A DNA stretch of 64,000 nt from Macrostomum lignano (taxonomy: Eukaryota): contig NIVC01001979.1 in assembly GCA_002269645.1 (NCBI GenBank), forward strand, positions 1 to 64,000, given 5' to 3'. The translations under genes and the position numbers were made by a program. The notes under the pieces are model-generated. The model saw nothing but the letters and a program-made list of their open reading frames with translations. It was not told the origin of the DNA and did no database searches. Positions 12,185 to 25,935 of this stretch are shown piece after piece (position 1 is the stretch's first letter; the number at the start of each line of letters is the position of its first letter).

Positions 12185-13132
12185 CTGTGGGTTAAACCAG
12201 TTTTGATACGTGAAAGTCTCTCCCTCGCTGGTTTCATGTAGCTCACGCATTTGATTGGCTGCTGAGGGTAGAAAGTAGCATCTAGCCTCTAATAAGGGGG
12301 AAGAGGGGTAGGGTGGTGTCTGGCCTCTGATTGGCTGCTGGGTGAGGGGTAGGGTAGTGTCCGGCCTCTGCTTGGCTGCGGGAATAAAATACTACTTAAT
12401 AATCTCTACGTTAATGATAGTACTTTTTAGCTGCCTGTTTAAACTTTTCTCGTGCAAAAATCGTAGCAACAGATTCTTACAGTAGAAAGACAAGGATATG
12501 ATATGATTTTTATCAAACAAAGATACGCGCATTAGACAAAGAACGAGCTGATTCGATTTTAATGACTGAACTCATTGAAAATCTAGGAATTTTTATTTAA
12601 AAGTTTTGAGTGAATCTGATGCTAGGTACTAACCTACATGCTCAGATATAATCAGATATCTGTGTTGAGGGACCCGATTGTCTATGTACGGCACTTCGTA
12701 GGCCCCCACGTTTGATGTGGGCACAGATTAATGAAACTTGGAGAGGGAGCAGCCCGCCCCTATTTCACTACCGCATACATGTAGGTGCAATGTGTGCGGT
12801 TCGGATATATTGCTTGAATAAAACCGTTTACTGCCCTGCTACAGACAGACCAACGTGCGCTGGCACATTTTACAGCAGCGGCAGCAGCAAACAACAACAG
12901 AGGGGCAGAGGCAATACTGACTTGCTGTATCAACTTTAGACACACCCAGGGTCAGGGGAATCCGGGCCCCCGCCGCCGCTGCCATCGTAAACTTTTTTAT
13001 GACGACCTCGGCCACCCCCCCCTAACTATATGGCAGCGCCTGGCTGCATGGCTGGCTCAAAAAGTTGCCCTAAAACACTTCTTACTGACTATAATATGCT
13101 CAGCCGTATTAATTAGTGGTAGTGCCTTAGTG

Positions 13133-14725
13133 TGTTGGCAGAATGGCACTGAGACATGCAGAATGGCACTGAGACATGCAGAATGGCACTGAGACATGCA
13201 GAATGGCACTGAGACATACAGAATGGCACTGAGACATTCAAAATGGCACTGAGACATGCAGAATGGCACTGAGACATGCAGAATGGCACTGAGACATGCA
13301 GAATGGCACTGAGATATGCAGAATGGCACTGCAGAATTCAGAAGGGCACTGAGACATGCAGAATGGCACTGAGACATGCAGAATGGCACTGAGACATACA
13401 GAAGGGCACTGAGACATGCAGAATGGCACTGAGACATGCAGAATGGCACTGAGACATACAGAATGGCACTGAGACATTCAAAATGGCACTGAGACATGCA
13501 GAATGGCACTGAGACATGCAGAATGGCACTGAGACATGCAGAATGGCACTGAGATATGCAGAATGGCACTGCAGAATTCAGAAGGGCACTGAGACATGCA
13601 GAATGGCACTGAGACATGCAGAATGGCACTGAGACATACAGAAGGGCACTGAGACATTCAGAATGGCACTGAGACATGCAGAATGGCACTGAGACATGCA
13701 GAATGGCACTGAGATATGCAGAATGGCACTGAGACATACAGAAGGGCACTGAGACATTCAGAATGGCACTGAGACATGCAGAATGGCATTGAGACATACA
13801 GAAGGGCACTGAGACATTCAAAATGGCACTGAGACATGCAGAATGGCACTGAGACATGCAGAATGGCACTGAGACATTCAGAATGGCACTGAGACATGCA
13901 GAATGGCACTGCAGAATTCAGAAGGGCACTGAGACATTCAGAATGGCACTGAGACATGCAGAATGGCACTGAGACATGCAGAATGGCACTGCAGATTTCA
14001 GAAGGGCACTGAGACATACAGAAGGGCACTGAGACATGCAGAATGGCACTGAGACATGCAGAATGGCACTGAGACATGCAGAATGGCACTGAGACATACA
14101 GAATGGCACTGAGACATTCAAAATGGCACTGAGACATGCAGAATGGCACTGAGACATTCAGAATGGCACTGAGACATGCAGAATGGCACTAAGACATGCA
14201 GAATGGCACTGAGACATACAGATGAGTTCTGAGACATTCAGAATTGCAATGAGAAATGCAGAATGGCACTAAAACATTCAGAATGGCACTAAGACATTCA
14301 GAATGGCACTGAGACATTCAGATGGGTACTGAGACATTCAGTATGGCAATGAGACATTTAGAATGGCACTGAGACATTTAGAATGGCACTGAGACATGCA
14401 GAATGGCACTAAAACATTCAGAATGGCACTAAGACATTCAGAATGGCACTGAGACATTCAGATGGGTACTGAGACATTCAGTATGGCACTGAGACATGCA
14501 GAATGGCACTGAGACATTTAGAATGGCACTGAGACATGCAGAATGGCACTAAAACATTCAGAATGGCACTGAGACATGCAGAATGGCACTGCAGATTTCA
14601 GAATGGCACTGAGACATGCAGAAGGGCACTGAGACATGCAGAATGGCACTGAGACATGCAGAATGGCACTGAGACATGCAGAATGGCACTGAGATATGCA
14701 GAATGGCACTGCAGAATTCAGAAGG
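13133..14725. repeat. Minisatellite, 20-bp unit GCAGAATGGCACTGAGACAT with 240-bp higher-order repeat
   Basis: About 80 copies; diagnostic variants recur at 13231/13471 and 13331/13571. Confidence 0.97.
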
Positions 14726-15574
14726 GCAACAAGTCGCCCGGGCTGACACAGATGTCTCAACACCTTCCCAGATCTTACCTGCGCCTGTCCATCGGCAGGC
14801 TTCACCAGTGCAGCTCTAACTCTTGGCATTATTAATAATTGTCTCTAAATCCGACTAACTCTTAGCTTGCTTGTGGCTATCAAATCTAAGGTGAGAAGCT
14901 ATGAGAATGCCCGCTGATTCGCCCTGCTAGAGAGTCTGAGGGTTTATATAACACTAAGTCCTGTAATTGCTCCAAACAAAAGCCGCCGGGTCGCCGCGGT
15001 CGGGCCAATGGTGAGCGGCCATTAATTCGCCTTTACAATTTTTAATTGCAGGTAGGGGGAGGGGTGGAAAGTGTGCGGGGCGGCCCAAGAATGGCATCAA
15101 ACGCGGCCGCGTGGATTTCTGACCCGCCGTTTTGCTCCCGCAGACTGGCAGTGAAAGCAGGCGCAGCTCCCACTGCCAATACGGCCAGACCGCTCTGGGC
15201 CATAAACCAAAAAAGTGGGGCAGAGAAGAGTCGACCGAAAGGCGCGCAGCCAAGGACACCCAGTACGAGAACCTGGAGTGACAACTGTAGGGCTCTCTTG
15301 GTAGTTTTCACACAATTTACCGCGGCATATTTCTTATTATATTAAGATATCATAAATTCCGCTTGTTTTTGTAAATTTGGTCTCAATTCAGACCCGAATA
15401 TATACATCACAATCAATACATAAATCATACATAAATTAAACATAAATAAATACAAATACATAAATACATAAATCCACATTTGAAAACACCAGAATTTAAG
15501 AGCACCCCTTCCGGAGGGCCTCTACTACACCTGCACTACATTTGTACTGCAGCATCTGGACGTTAAACCGTGGG

Positions 15575-16165
15575 TCTAACCATTAGACAGGCAGGTTTAA
15601 CCATTAGACAGGCAGGTTTAACCATTAGAAAGGCAAGTTTAACCATTAGACAGGCAGGTTTAACCATTAGACAGGCAGGTTTAACCATTAGACAGGCAGG
15701 TTTAACCATTAGAAAAGCAAGTTTAACCATTAGACAGGCAGGTTTAACCATTAGACAGGGAGGTTTAACCATTAGACAGGGAGGTTTAACCATTAGAAAG
15801 GCAAGTTTAACCATTAGACAGGCAGGTTTAACCATTAGACAGGCAGGTTTAACCATTAGACAGGCAGGTTTAACCATTAGAAAAGCAAGTTTAACCATTA
15901 GACAGGCAGGTTTAACCATTAGACAGGGAGGTTTAACCATTAGACAGGCAGGTTTAACCATTAGACAGGCAGGTTTAACCATTAGACAGGCAGGTTTAAC
16001 CATTAGACAGGCAGGTTTAACCATTAGACAGGCAGGTTTAACCATTAGACAGGCAGGTTTAACCATTAGACAGGCAGGTTTAACCATTAGACAGGCAGGT
16101 TTAACCATTAGACAGGCATGTTTAACCATTAGACAGGCAGGTTTAACCATTAGACAGGCAGGTTT
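15575..16165. repeat. Minisatellite, 21-bp unit AACCATTAGACAGGCAGGTTT
   Basis: About 28 tandem copies. Confidence 0.97.
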
Positions 16166-16804
16166 AGCACTAGTTAATAAACACTAACAGACACTATACA
16201 CTAGTAAATGCCTGTAATGCAGTCGCTTGTAAACCAGCTTCTGGCTCCAGGCCTCCTTGGCACAACAGAAATATTATTATGGGAAGGCCACAAGGAACAT
16301 AAACGTTGGTGCCTTGCATAGAAGAGGCAGGCCGCGGTCTGCTAGAGAGGGGGGAATAAAAATCTGCTTCGAAATCCCCCGACAGACTGCATAATAAAAC
16401 CCGGGCGAGCTGGTGATGCAGGCCATTGCGGCTCCGCTGCCCACTCTGTCAGCCTCTCGCGGTTAGAAGCTCAGAGGTTTGATGAGGGACCTTGATGGGA
16501 GAAATTCATGGTAAGCTGAGGCGGATATAGACAGCCATATAAGTCGCATTTTATGTCCGCACGGAGCGGCGGCTTTCTTTTCGGGCGTTTCGGCAAAAGC
16601 AGAAGACACACAGACAGAAGAAAGCAACGCTGAAGGATTCGTGCGCGCTGCTTTCAGACTGCAGGGGGTATTAAAAACTCTCAATCTGAAAGGCAACCAA
16701 ATTTGATTGCTTGAATTGCTGCATATTCATAAATGAGTAATGATCTCAACCGCTGCCAATTCGGTGTGTTGGTGAATTAAGGAACCGCGGTGAATGCAAA
16801 AAAG

Positions 16805-17335
16805 GACCAGTGAATGCTTGATCTTGATCAGTGAATCTTAAGAAGAGATCAGTGAATCCTGAGTGAATCCTGAGCAAAGATAAGTGAATCCTGAGAAAAG
16901 ATCAGTGAGTCCTGAGCAAAGATCAGTGAGTCCTGAGCAAAGATCAGTGAATCCTGAACGAAGATCAGTGAGTCCTGAGCAAATATCAGTGAGTCCTGAG
17001 CAAAGATCAGTGAGTCCTGAGCAAAGATCAGTGAGTCCTGAGCAAAGATCAGTGAGTCCTGAGCAAAGATCAGTGAGTCCTGAGAAAAGATCAGTGAATC
17101 CTGAGAAAAGATCAGTGAATCCTGAGCAAAGACCAGTGAGTCCTGAACGAAGATCAGTGAATCCTGAACGAAGATCAGTGAATCCTGAGCAAAGATCAGT
17201 GAGTCCTGAACGAAGATCAGTGAGTCCTGAGCAAATATCAGTGAGTCCTGAGCAAAGATCAGTGAGTCCTGAGCAAAGATCAGTGAGTCCTGAGCAAAGA
17301 TCAGTGAGTCCTGAACGAAGATCAGTGAATCTTAA
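16805..17335. repeat. Minisatellite, 21-bp unit GATCAGTGAGTCCTGAGCAAA
   Basis: About 25 tandem copies. Confidence 0.96.
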
Positions 17336-17818
17336 ACATGCACGCCTCAATAAACAGTATAGTATTAAATTCCTGCATTTGTGAATTTGAAGCAAGGTAA
17401 GGTAAGTGCGCAGTGAGTTAGAAGGAGACGAACCCCTGGCCACCCACCGCCGCCAGGCCAGACGCCTATTGGGCACAAAGGCGCACCCGGCTCTCAGAAA
17501 ATGAGAAAGATGTTACAGTGAAAGAAAGAAGGGGGAAAGGAAAAAGCAATAAAAAGTTGCTACACGAAAAACAAACTGCTACACCAACATTGAGTCAGCA
17601 TTTTAAAATTGGGGGATCGCAATTATCCTGCTCCACTAAAGCGCCAAAGTTGGAACAAGTGCGACAAGCGAGAGATACAAAGGAGACGAAGAACAGCAGA
17701 GGAATTCAATCCCAGTAAATCATAATTGGGAGATTCCCATGGGTGCCCAAGGGGCTTCCGGCTTCCACTAAGTCCAGAAACTGGAGTACGGAGCCGGAGG
17801 AAAAACAGAGGGACAATC

Positions 17819-20800
17819 TTGGATCTGGGATCGGGATCTGGGATCGGGATCTGGGATCGGGATCTGGGATCGGGATCTGGGATCGGGGTCTGGGATCGGG
17901 ATCTGGGATCGGGATCTGGGATCGGGATCTGGGATCGGGATCTGGGATCGGGATCTGGGATCGGGATCTGGGATCGGGATCTGGGATCGGGATCTGGGAT
18001 CGGGATCTGGGATCGGGATCTGGGATCGGGATCTGGGATCGGGATCGGGGATCGGGATCGGGGATCGGGATCGGGGATCGGGATCGGGGATCGGGATCGG
18101 GGATCGGGATCGGGGATCGGGATCGGGGATCGGGATCGGGATCGGGGATCGGGATCGGGATCGGGATCGGGATCGGGATCGGGGATCGGGATCGGGATCG
18201 GGATCGGGGATCGGGATCGGGGATCGGGATCGGGGATCGGGATCGGGGATCGGGATCGGGGATCGGGATCGGGGATCGGGATCGGGGATCGGGATCGGGA
18301 TCGGGATCGGGGATCGGGATCGGGATCGGGATCGGGGATCGGGATCGGGGATCGGGATCGGGGATCGGGATCGGGGATCGGGATCGGGGATCGGGATCGG
18401 GGATCGGGATCGGGGATCGGGATCGGGGATCGGGATCGGGGATCGGGATCGGGGATCGGGATCGGGGATCGGGATCGGGGATCGGGATCGGGGATCGGGA
18501 TCGGGGATCGGGATCGGGGATCGGGATCGGGGATCGGGATCGGGGATCGGGATCGGGATCGGGATCGGGATCGGGATCGGGGATCGGGATCGGGATCGGG
18601 GATCGGGATCGGGATCGGGATCGGGGATCGGGATCGGGATCGGGATCGGGATCGGGATCGGGGATCGGGATCGGGGATCGGGATCGGGGATCGGGATCGG
18701 GGATCGGGATCGGGGATCGGGATCGGGATCGGGATCGGGGATCGGGATCGGGGATCGGGATCGGGGATCGGGATCGGGGATCGGGATCGGGGATCGGGAT
18801 CGGGGATCGGGATCGGGGATCGGGATCGGGGATCGGGATCGGGGATCGGGATCGGGGATCGGGATCGGGGATCGGGATCGGGGATCGGGATCGGGGATCG
18901 GGATCGGGGATCGGGATCGGGGATCGGGATCGGGGATCGGGATCGGGGATCGGGATCGGGGATCGGGATCGGGATCGGGATCGGGGATCGGGATCGGGGA
19001 TCGGGATCGGGGATCGGGATCGGGGATCGGGATCGGGGATCGGGATCGGGGATCGGGATCGGGGATCGGGATCGGGGATCGGGATCGGGGATCGGGATCG
19101 GGATCGGGATCGGGGATCGGGATCGGGATCGGGATCGGGGATCGGGATCGGGGATCGGGATCGGGGATCGGGATCGGGGATCGGGATCGGGGATCGGGAT
19201 CGGGGATCGGGATCGGGGATCGGGATCGGGGATCGGGATCGGGGATCGGGATCGGGGATCGGGATCGGGGATCGGGATCGGGGATCGGGATCGGGGATCG
19301 GGATCGGGGATCGGGATCGGGGATCGGGATCGGGGATCGGGATCGGGGATCGGGATCGGGGATCGGGATCGGGGATCGGGATCGGGGATCGGGATCGGGG
19401 ATCGGGATCGGGGATCGGGATCGGGGATCGGGATCGGGGATCGGGATCGGGGATCGGGATCGGGATCGGGATCGGGATCGGGATCGGGGATCGGGATCGG
19501 GGATCGGGATCGGGATCGGGATCGGGGATCGGGATCGGGGATCGGGATCGGGGATCGGGATCGGGGATCGGGATCGGGGATCGGGATCGGGGATCGGGAT
19601 CGGGGATCGGGATCGGGGATCGGGATCGGGATCGGGATCGGGGATCGGGATCGGGGATCGGGATCGGGGATCGGGATCGGGGATCGGGATCGGGGATCGG
19701 GATCGGGGATCGGGATCGGGGATCGGGATCGGGGATCGGGATCGGGGATCGGGATCGGGGATCGGGATCGGGGATCGGGATCGGGGATCGGGATCGGGGA
19801 TCGGGATCGGGGATCGGGATCGGGGATCGGGATCGGGGATCGGGATCGGGGATCGGGATCGGGGATCGGGATCGGGGATCGGGATCGGGGATCGGGATCG
19901 GGGATCGGGATCGGGGATCGGGATCGGGGATCGGGATCGGGGATCGGGATCGGGGATCGGGATCGGGGATCGGGATCGGGGATCGGGATCGGGGATCGGG
20001 ATCGGGGATCGGGATCGGGGATCGGGATCGGGGATCGGGATCGGGGATCGGGATCGGGGATCGGGATCGGGGATCGGGATCGGGGATCGGGATCGGGGAT
20101 CGGGATCGGGGATCGGGATCGGGATCGGGATCGGGGATCGGGATCGGGGATCGGGATCGGGGATCGGGATCGGGGATCGGGATCGGGGATCGGGATCGGG
20201 GATCGGGATCGGGGATCGGGATCGGGGATCGGGATCGGGGATCGGGATCGGGGATCGGGATCGGGGATCGGGATCGGGGATCGGGATCGGGGATCGGGAT
20301 CGGGGATCGGGATCGGGGATCGGGATCGGGGATCGGGATCGGGGATCGGGATCGGGGATCGGGATCGGGGATCGGGATCGGGGATCGGATCGGGATCGGG
20401 ATCGGGATCGGGATCGGGATCGGGATCGGGGATCGGGATCGGGATCGGGATCGGGGATCGGGATCGGGGATCGGGATCGGGGATCGGGATCGGGGATCGG
20501 GATCGGGATCGGGATCGGGGATCGGGATCGGGATCGGGATCGGGGATCGGGATCGGGGATCGGGATCGGGGATCGGGATCGGGGATCGGGATCGGGGATC
20601 GGGATCGGGATCGGGATCGGGGATCGGGATCGGGGATCGGGATCGGGGATCGGGATCGGGGATCGGGATCGGGGATCGGGATCGGGGATCGGGATCGGGA
20701 TCGGGATCGGGGATCGGGATCGGGGATCGGGATCGGGGATCGGGATCGGGGATCGGGATCGGGGATCGGGATCGGGGATCGGGATCGGGGATCGGGATCG

Positions 20801-21155
20801 GGGATCGGATCGGGATCGGGATCGGGGATCGGGATCGGGGATCGGGATCGGGGATCGGGATCGGGATCGGGGATCGGGATCGGGGATCGGGATCGGGGAT
20901 CGGGATCGGGGATCGGGATCGGGGATCGGGATCGGGGATCGGGATCGGGGATCGGGATCGGGGATCGGGATCGGGGATCGGGATCGGGGATCGGGATCGG
21001 GGATCGGGATCGGGGATCGGGATCGGGATCGGGATCGGGATCGGGATCGGGGATCGGGATCGGGGATCGGGATCGGGGATCGGGATCGGGGATCGGGATC
21101 GGGGATCGGGATCGGGGATCGGGATCGGGGATCGGGATCGGGGATCGGGATCGGG
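17819..21155. repeat. 3.3-kb satellite, 13-bp unit GGGATCGGGGATC (GGGATCTGGGATC at the 5' end)
   Basis: Continuous alternation of GGGATC/GGGGATC; source of the three spurious 1143-1179-aa ORFs. Confidence 0.99.
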
Positions 21156-22064
21156 AATTTTATTCGATCGGGATCATCGGGATTTATTAAATCGAGCATT
21201 TCATCAAAACTTCAGCACACTATCCAGCCTCACTGCTGACAGTAGTAGTGGACATCACTTTGGCACTCCCAGGACCCAGTAACAATAATCAGCCCGTTGC
21301 CGCCCCATTGAGTATCGGTCACTTCCCTAAGCTTGGCTGCTCCAGTCGTTAACGCAGTTTCAAGTCCGGGAATTAAGCTGTAAAGCTGATTATTAGCATG
21401 CTGGCAGGCTGTAAAATCCCCAAATCCCCAGCTTTTTTATCCCCTCGAAATTGGCCTTATACGACCTGTCTAAGTCGGCTGGCTGAGGTGGACTGGAGCA
21501 TGGGGTGGGTTACAGACAATAAAATGTCTAGGTGAAGAGCCGCAGAGGCCATCTAACTAATTCGCAATCCAAACAATTGAGATGGAGGGGTATTTGGGGG
21601 GGGGGGGGGGGTCAGGTGTCCCTTCCGCTTTATTGCCCAGTCTCAACCATAGCCCAGATCTCAGCCTCTCAGCTGCAGGCTAATAATACTCGAGTATAAA
21701 ACAGATGAATAGTTATCGCTGTAAACTCTGACTGCCCGATGAAGTGAGAGAGGGAAGAGGCTGCAGTTCACACCCTGCAACCATGCAGATTTTATGGCGC
21801 AATCAAACTGCAGCCTGACGCAGCACCCTAAACCGGCCAGCCTCTGCTGCCCGCCATCAACCCTGTTTGTGTCTGAGGATTAGCTTGATTTAACACCTGC
21901 TCAGTGGGACTGTACACGAATGCTCAAGTCCGTGCTTATAAGTTTTACATCGAAATGCGATTGACAGATTGCATTGCTCCAGTCCCTACTTTCTTATTGA
22001 GTAGCTGAATGTTGGAATTTATGGATTACGGCTCTGTTGGTAATTAAGCTAACAAGAGCCTCCT

Positions 22065-22760
22065 CTCTACCCACTTCTCACCCCACTCCACCCCTTCTCA
22101 CCCCACTCTACCACTTCTCACCCCACTCCACCCCTTCTCACCCCACTCTACCCCTTCTCACCCCACTCTACCACTTCTCACCCCACTCCACCCCTTCTCA
22201 CCCCACTCTACCACTTCTCACCCCACTCTACCACTTCTCACCCCACTCCACCCCTTCTCACCCCACTCTACCACTTCTCACCCCACTCCACCCCTTCTCA
22301 CCCCACTCTACCACTTCTCACCCACTCTACCCCTCTCATCCCACTCTACCACTTCTCACCCCACTCCACCCCTTCTCATCCCACTCTACCACTTCTCACC
22401 CCACTCTACCCCCTCTCACACCACTCTACCCCCTCTCACACCACTCTACCCCCTCTCCACACCACTCTACCCCCTCTCCACACCACTCTACCCCCTCTCA
22501 CACCACTCTACCCCTCTCCACACCACTCTACCCCCTCTCACACCACTCTACCCCCTCTCACACCACTCTACCTCCTCTCACACCACTCTACCCCCTCTCA
22601 CACCACTCTACCCCCTCTCACACCACTCTACCCCCTCTCACACCACTCTACCCCCTCTCACACCACTCTACCCCCTCTCACACCACTCTAACCCCTCACA
22701 CACCACTCTACCCTCCTGTCATCACCCACTCTACCCCCTCTTACCCACTCCTCTCATCCA
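22065..22760. repeat. C-rich minisatellite, 19-20-bp unit CCCCACTCTACCACTTCTCA changing to CACCACTCTACCCCCTCTCA
   Basis: Tandem copies with unit drift along the array. Confidence 0.94.
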
Positions 22761-23321
22761 CTCTAGCTCGTATCCCCCTCTCATCCACTCTACACTCTTC
22801 TCACTCAATCTACCCTCCTCTCATCCTTCTCTCAGTCTCTCTCTGTCTACAGTCTACTGTCTCTCTGTCTCCCTCTCCACCGCATCTCTAACTAACCCAC
22901 GGCTATCAGCCCTCTCCCTCTCTCACACTCTCCTTTCCTCGTCATCTCTCGCCCCTCCCTGCACCCCTGAGACTGTGAGTACTGCAAAGGCCGGCAGTGA
23001 GTCACAGGAATTTTGATGCCCCAGTTTTATTTTACCGATAAATAGGCGATGGGCCGGTTTTGGTGGCTTTTATGCGCCAGTATCAGCGGTCTGTGACAAG
23101 TGGGAAAGTGTGAGTCAGTCAGCACTGAATCTGACATGTAATATAGGTTTTATCGAACCTGAGTCATATTCCCAAAAATTAATTTTCGAGTCTTGAAGCG
23201 TGCAAAACTTATATTGAATGACTTTCTGCAAAGTTTAACAGGCACCAAGAATGACTAAATATGTTAAGAAACTAATCTGCCATATTATAGCTAGAACTAA
23301 AGACTACTTACATGTAGCTAT

Positions 23322-24395
23322 TGAGCTACTAAACACTCAGCTACTGAGCTACTAAACACTCAGCTACCGAACTACTAAACACTCAGCTACCGAACTACTA
23401 AACACTCAGCTACTGAGCTACTAAGCACTCAGCTACTGAGCTACTAAACACTCAGCTACTGAGCTACTAAACACTCAGCTACCGAACTACTAAACACTCA
23501 GCTACTGAGCTACTAAACACTCAGCTACCGAACTACTAAACACTCAGCTACTGAGCTACTAAGCACTCAGCTACTGAGCTACTAAACACTCAGCTACCGA
23601 ACTACTAAACACTCAGCTACTGAGCTACTAAACACTCAGCTACTGAGCTACTAAACACTCAGCTACTGAGCTACTAGACACTCAGCTACTGAGCTACTAA
23701 ACACTCAGCTACTGAGCTACTAGACACTCAGCTACTGAGCTACTAAACACTCAGCTACTGAGCTACTAAACACTCAGCTACTGAGCTACTAGACACTCAG
23801 CTACTGAGCTACTAAACACTCAGCTACTGAGCTACTAGACACTCAGCTACTGAGCTACTAGACACTCAGCTACTGAGCTAATAAACACTCAGCTACTGAG
23901 CTACTAAACACTCAGCTACTGAGCTACTAGACACTCAGCTACTGAGCTACTAAACACTCAGCTACTGAGCTACTAGACACTCAGCTACTGAGCTACTAAA
24001 CACTCAGCTACTGAGCTAATAAACACTCAGCTACTGAGCTACTAAACACTCAGCTACTGAGCTACTAAACACTCAGCTACTGAGCTACTAGACACTCAGC
24101 TACTGAGCTACTAGACACTCAGCTACTGAGCTACTAAACACTCAGCTACTGAGCTACTAAACACTCAGCTACTGAGCTACTAGACACTCAGCTACTGAGC
24201 TACTAGACACTCAGCTACTGAGCTACTAAACACTCAGCTACTGAGCTACTAAACACTCAGCTACTGAGCTACTAGACACTCAGCTACTGAGCTACTAGAC
24301 ACTCAGCTACTGAGCTACTAAACACTCAGCTACTGAGCTACTAAACACTCAGCTACTGAGCTACTAGACACTCAGCTACTGAGCTACTAAGCACT
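23322..24395. repeat. Minisatellite, 23-bp unit CTACTGAGCTACTAAACACTCAG
   Basis: About 46 tandem copies. Confidence 0.97.
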
Positions 24396-24709
24396 CAGTC
24401 TTTTGAGCTGAAATTAAATCCGAAAATTCGTCTCACCTACATATTGAATAGATTTCCTAAAGATTAAGAAATCTGAGCACAGAAAAGCATACAGTAGCAA
24501 GGTTAAGAAAGAGCCCAAAAAAGCGAGAAAGCGCGGGAAAGCTGGCAGCAGATTCTCCGTACGCAGAAGTAAAGGGCTAATTAGTACCCAGCCACGCCGG
24601 ACCCTCTGAGGCTTCTGCAGTCAACACCGAGGGCTTGGTGCTGCAAGTGTCATAAAGGTTTTATGTTGGTCCATATAAAATTTACAGCCTTACAGCCCAC
24701 TCACCCACC

Positions 24710-24712
<3 letters not shown>

Positions 24713-24754
<42 letters not shown>
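24713..24754. repeat. (CT)n microsatellite
   Basis: Pure CT run. Confidence 0.97.
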
Positions 24755-24758
<4 letters not shown>

Positions 24759-25039
24759 CACTTTAGTTTGTGTCTCAAAGATTTTCCAAGCCAAGATGGA
24801 AAAGTTGCCAGTAAAACGCCTTAAATGACTGAGAGAAAGCTGATTTCAGACTATAGTTGCTTAGCTCTCGTAAAAATAGAGAGTTGTATTCATATGGAAA
24901 TTCATTTATATTGTTTCTGCTGGGCATTGTGGGCCTAGGGAAAGTGGCGCAGTCTCGTGTATGCTTTATAATAACTTTATCTGATGGAAAAGCAATATGT
25001 GATCTCAAACTATAGTCATGGGTTGAGTCCTGGGCAGTA

Positions 25040-25838
25040 GCAGACAAATAAGAGCAGGCAGATAGGCAGATAAGCCATGCAGGCGGATAATCAGATAGAT
25101 AAGCAGACAATCTAGGCAGTTGAGTCGGACAGATAAGTAAGGAAAGTAAGCAGATGAGTGGAATAAGATAAGCTTGGCAGATAGCTGGGCAGATAAGCCA
25201 GACAGATAAGTCAGGCAGATAAGCTAGGCGGATAAGCTAGGAAGATAAGCCAGGCAGATAAGCCAGGCAGATGAGGCAGGCAGATAAGCCAGGCAGATAA
25301 GTTAGGCAGCTAAGCCAGGCAGATAAGCCAGGCAGCTAAGCCAGGCAGATAAGCCAGGCAGATAAGCCAGGCAGATAGGCCAGACAGATAAGCCAGGCAG
25401 ATAAGCCAGGCAGATAAGCTTGGCAGATAAGCCAGGAGGATAAGCCAGGCAGATAAGCCAGGCAGCTAAGCCAGGCAGATAAGTTAGGCAGATAAGCCAG
25501 GCAGATAAGTTAGGCAGATAAGCTAGGTAGATAAGCTAGGAGGATAAGCCAGGCAGATAAGCCAGGCAGATAAGCTTGGCAGATAAGCCAGGAGGATAAG
25601 CCAGGCAGATAAGCCAGGCAGCTAAGCCAGGCAGATAAGCCAGGCAGCTAAGCCAGGCAGATAAGCCAGGCAGATAAGCCAGGCAGATAGGCCAGACAGA
25701 TAAGCCAGGCAGATAAGCCAGGCAGATAAGCTTGGCAGATAAGCCAGGAGGATAAGCCAGGCAGATAAGCCAGGCAGCTAAGCCAGGCAGATAAGTTAGG
25801 CAGATAAGCTAGGTAGATAAGCTAGGAGGATAAGCCAG
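25040..25838. repeat. Minisatellite, 13-bp unit GATAAGCCAGGCA
   Basis: About 60 copies; begins ~30 bp after the donor of the NGFR signal-peptide exon. Confidence 0.96.
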
Positions 25839-25869
25839 GTAGAGAAGCGATACATATCGGTATAGTTAC

Positions 25870-25935
25870 CCTGGTCAGTCCGCCAGCGCAGAGTCCCGGC
25901 AGCAGGATGAGCAGAAGTACACCAGTCGGCCACAT
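25870..25935 (-). CDS. NGFR: p75NTR-like receptor, first coding exon (signal peptide MWPTGVLLLILLPGLCAGGLTR)
   Basis: Strong acceptor ttacctttccctaatcaaccag 3 nt before ATG 25935; 22 codons with a hydrophobic core; donor AGG|GTAACT is phase 0, matching the phase-0 acceptor of the CRD exon (joined: ...LCAGGLTR|KCRPG). Not in the ORF track; the link across the 13.7-kb intron is inferred. Confidence 0.65.

Noticed and set aside
14779-14829. Possible extra NGFR exon MPRVRAALVKPADGQAQ with a good GTAAGA donor
   Set aside because: It has no hydrophobic core and no convincing phase-0 acceptor; the 25870-25935 exon explains the N-terminus better.
17726-21282. Three 1143-1179-aa ORFs (GSGIGIGDRDR / PRSRSPIPIPDPD repeats)
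   Set aside because: They are all-frame translations of a stop-free 13-bp satellite; they have no codon structure and lie inside an NGFR intron.
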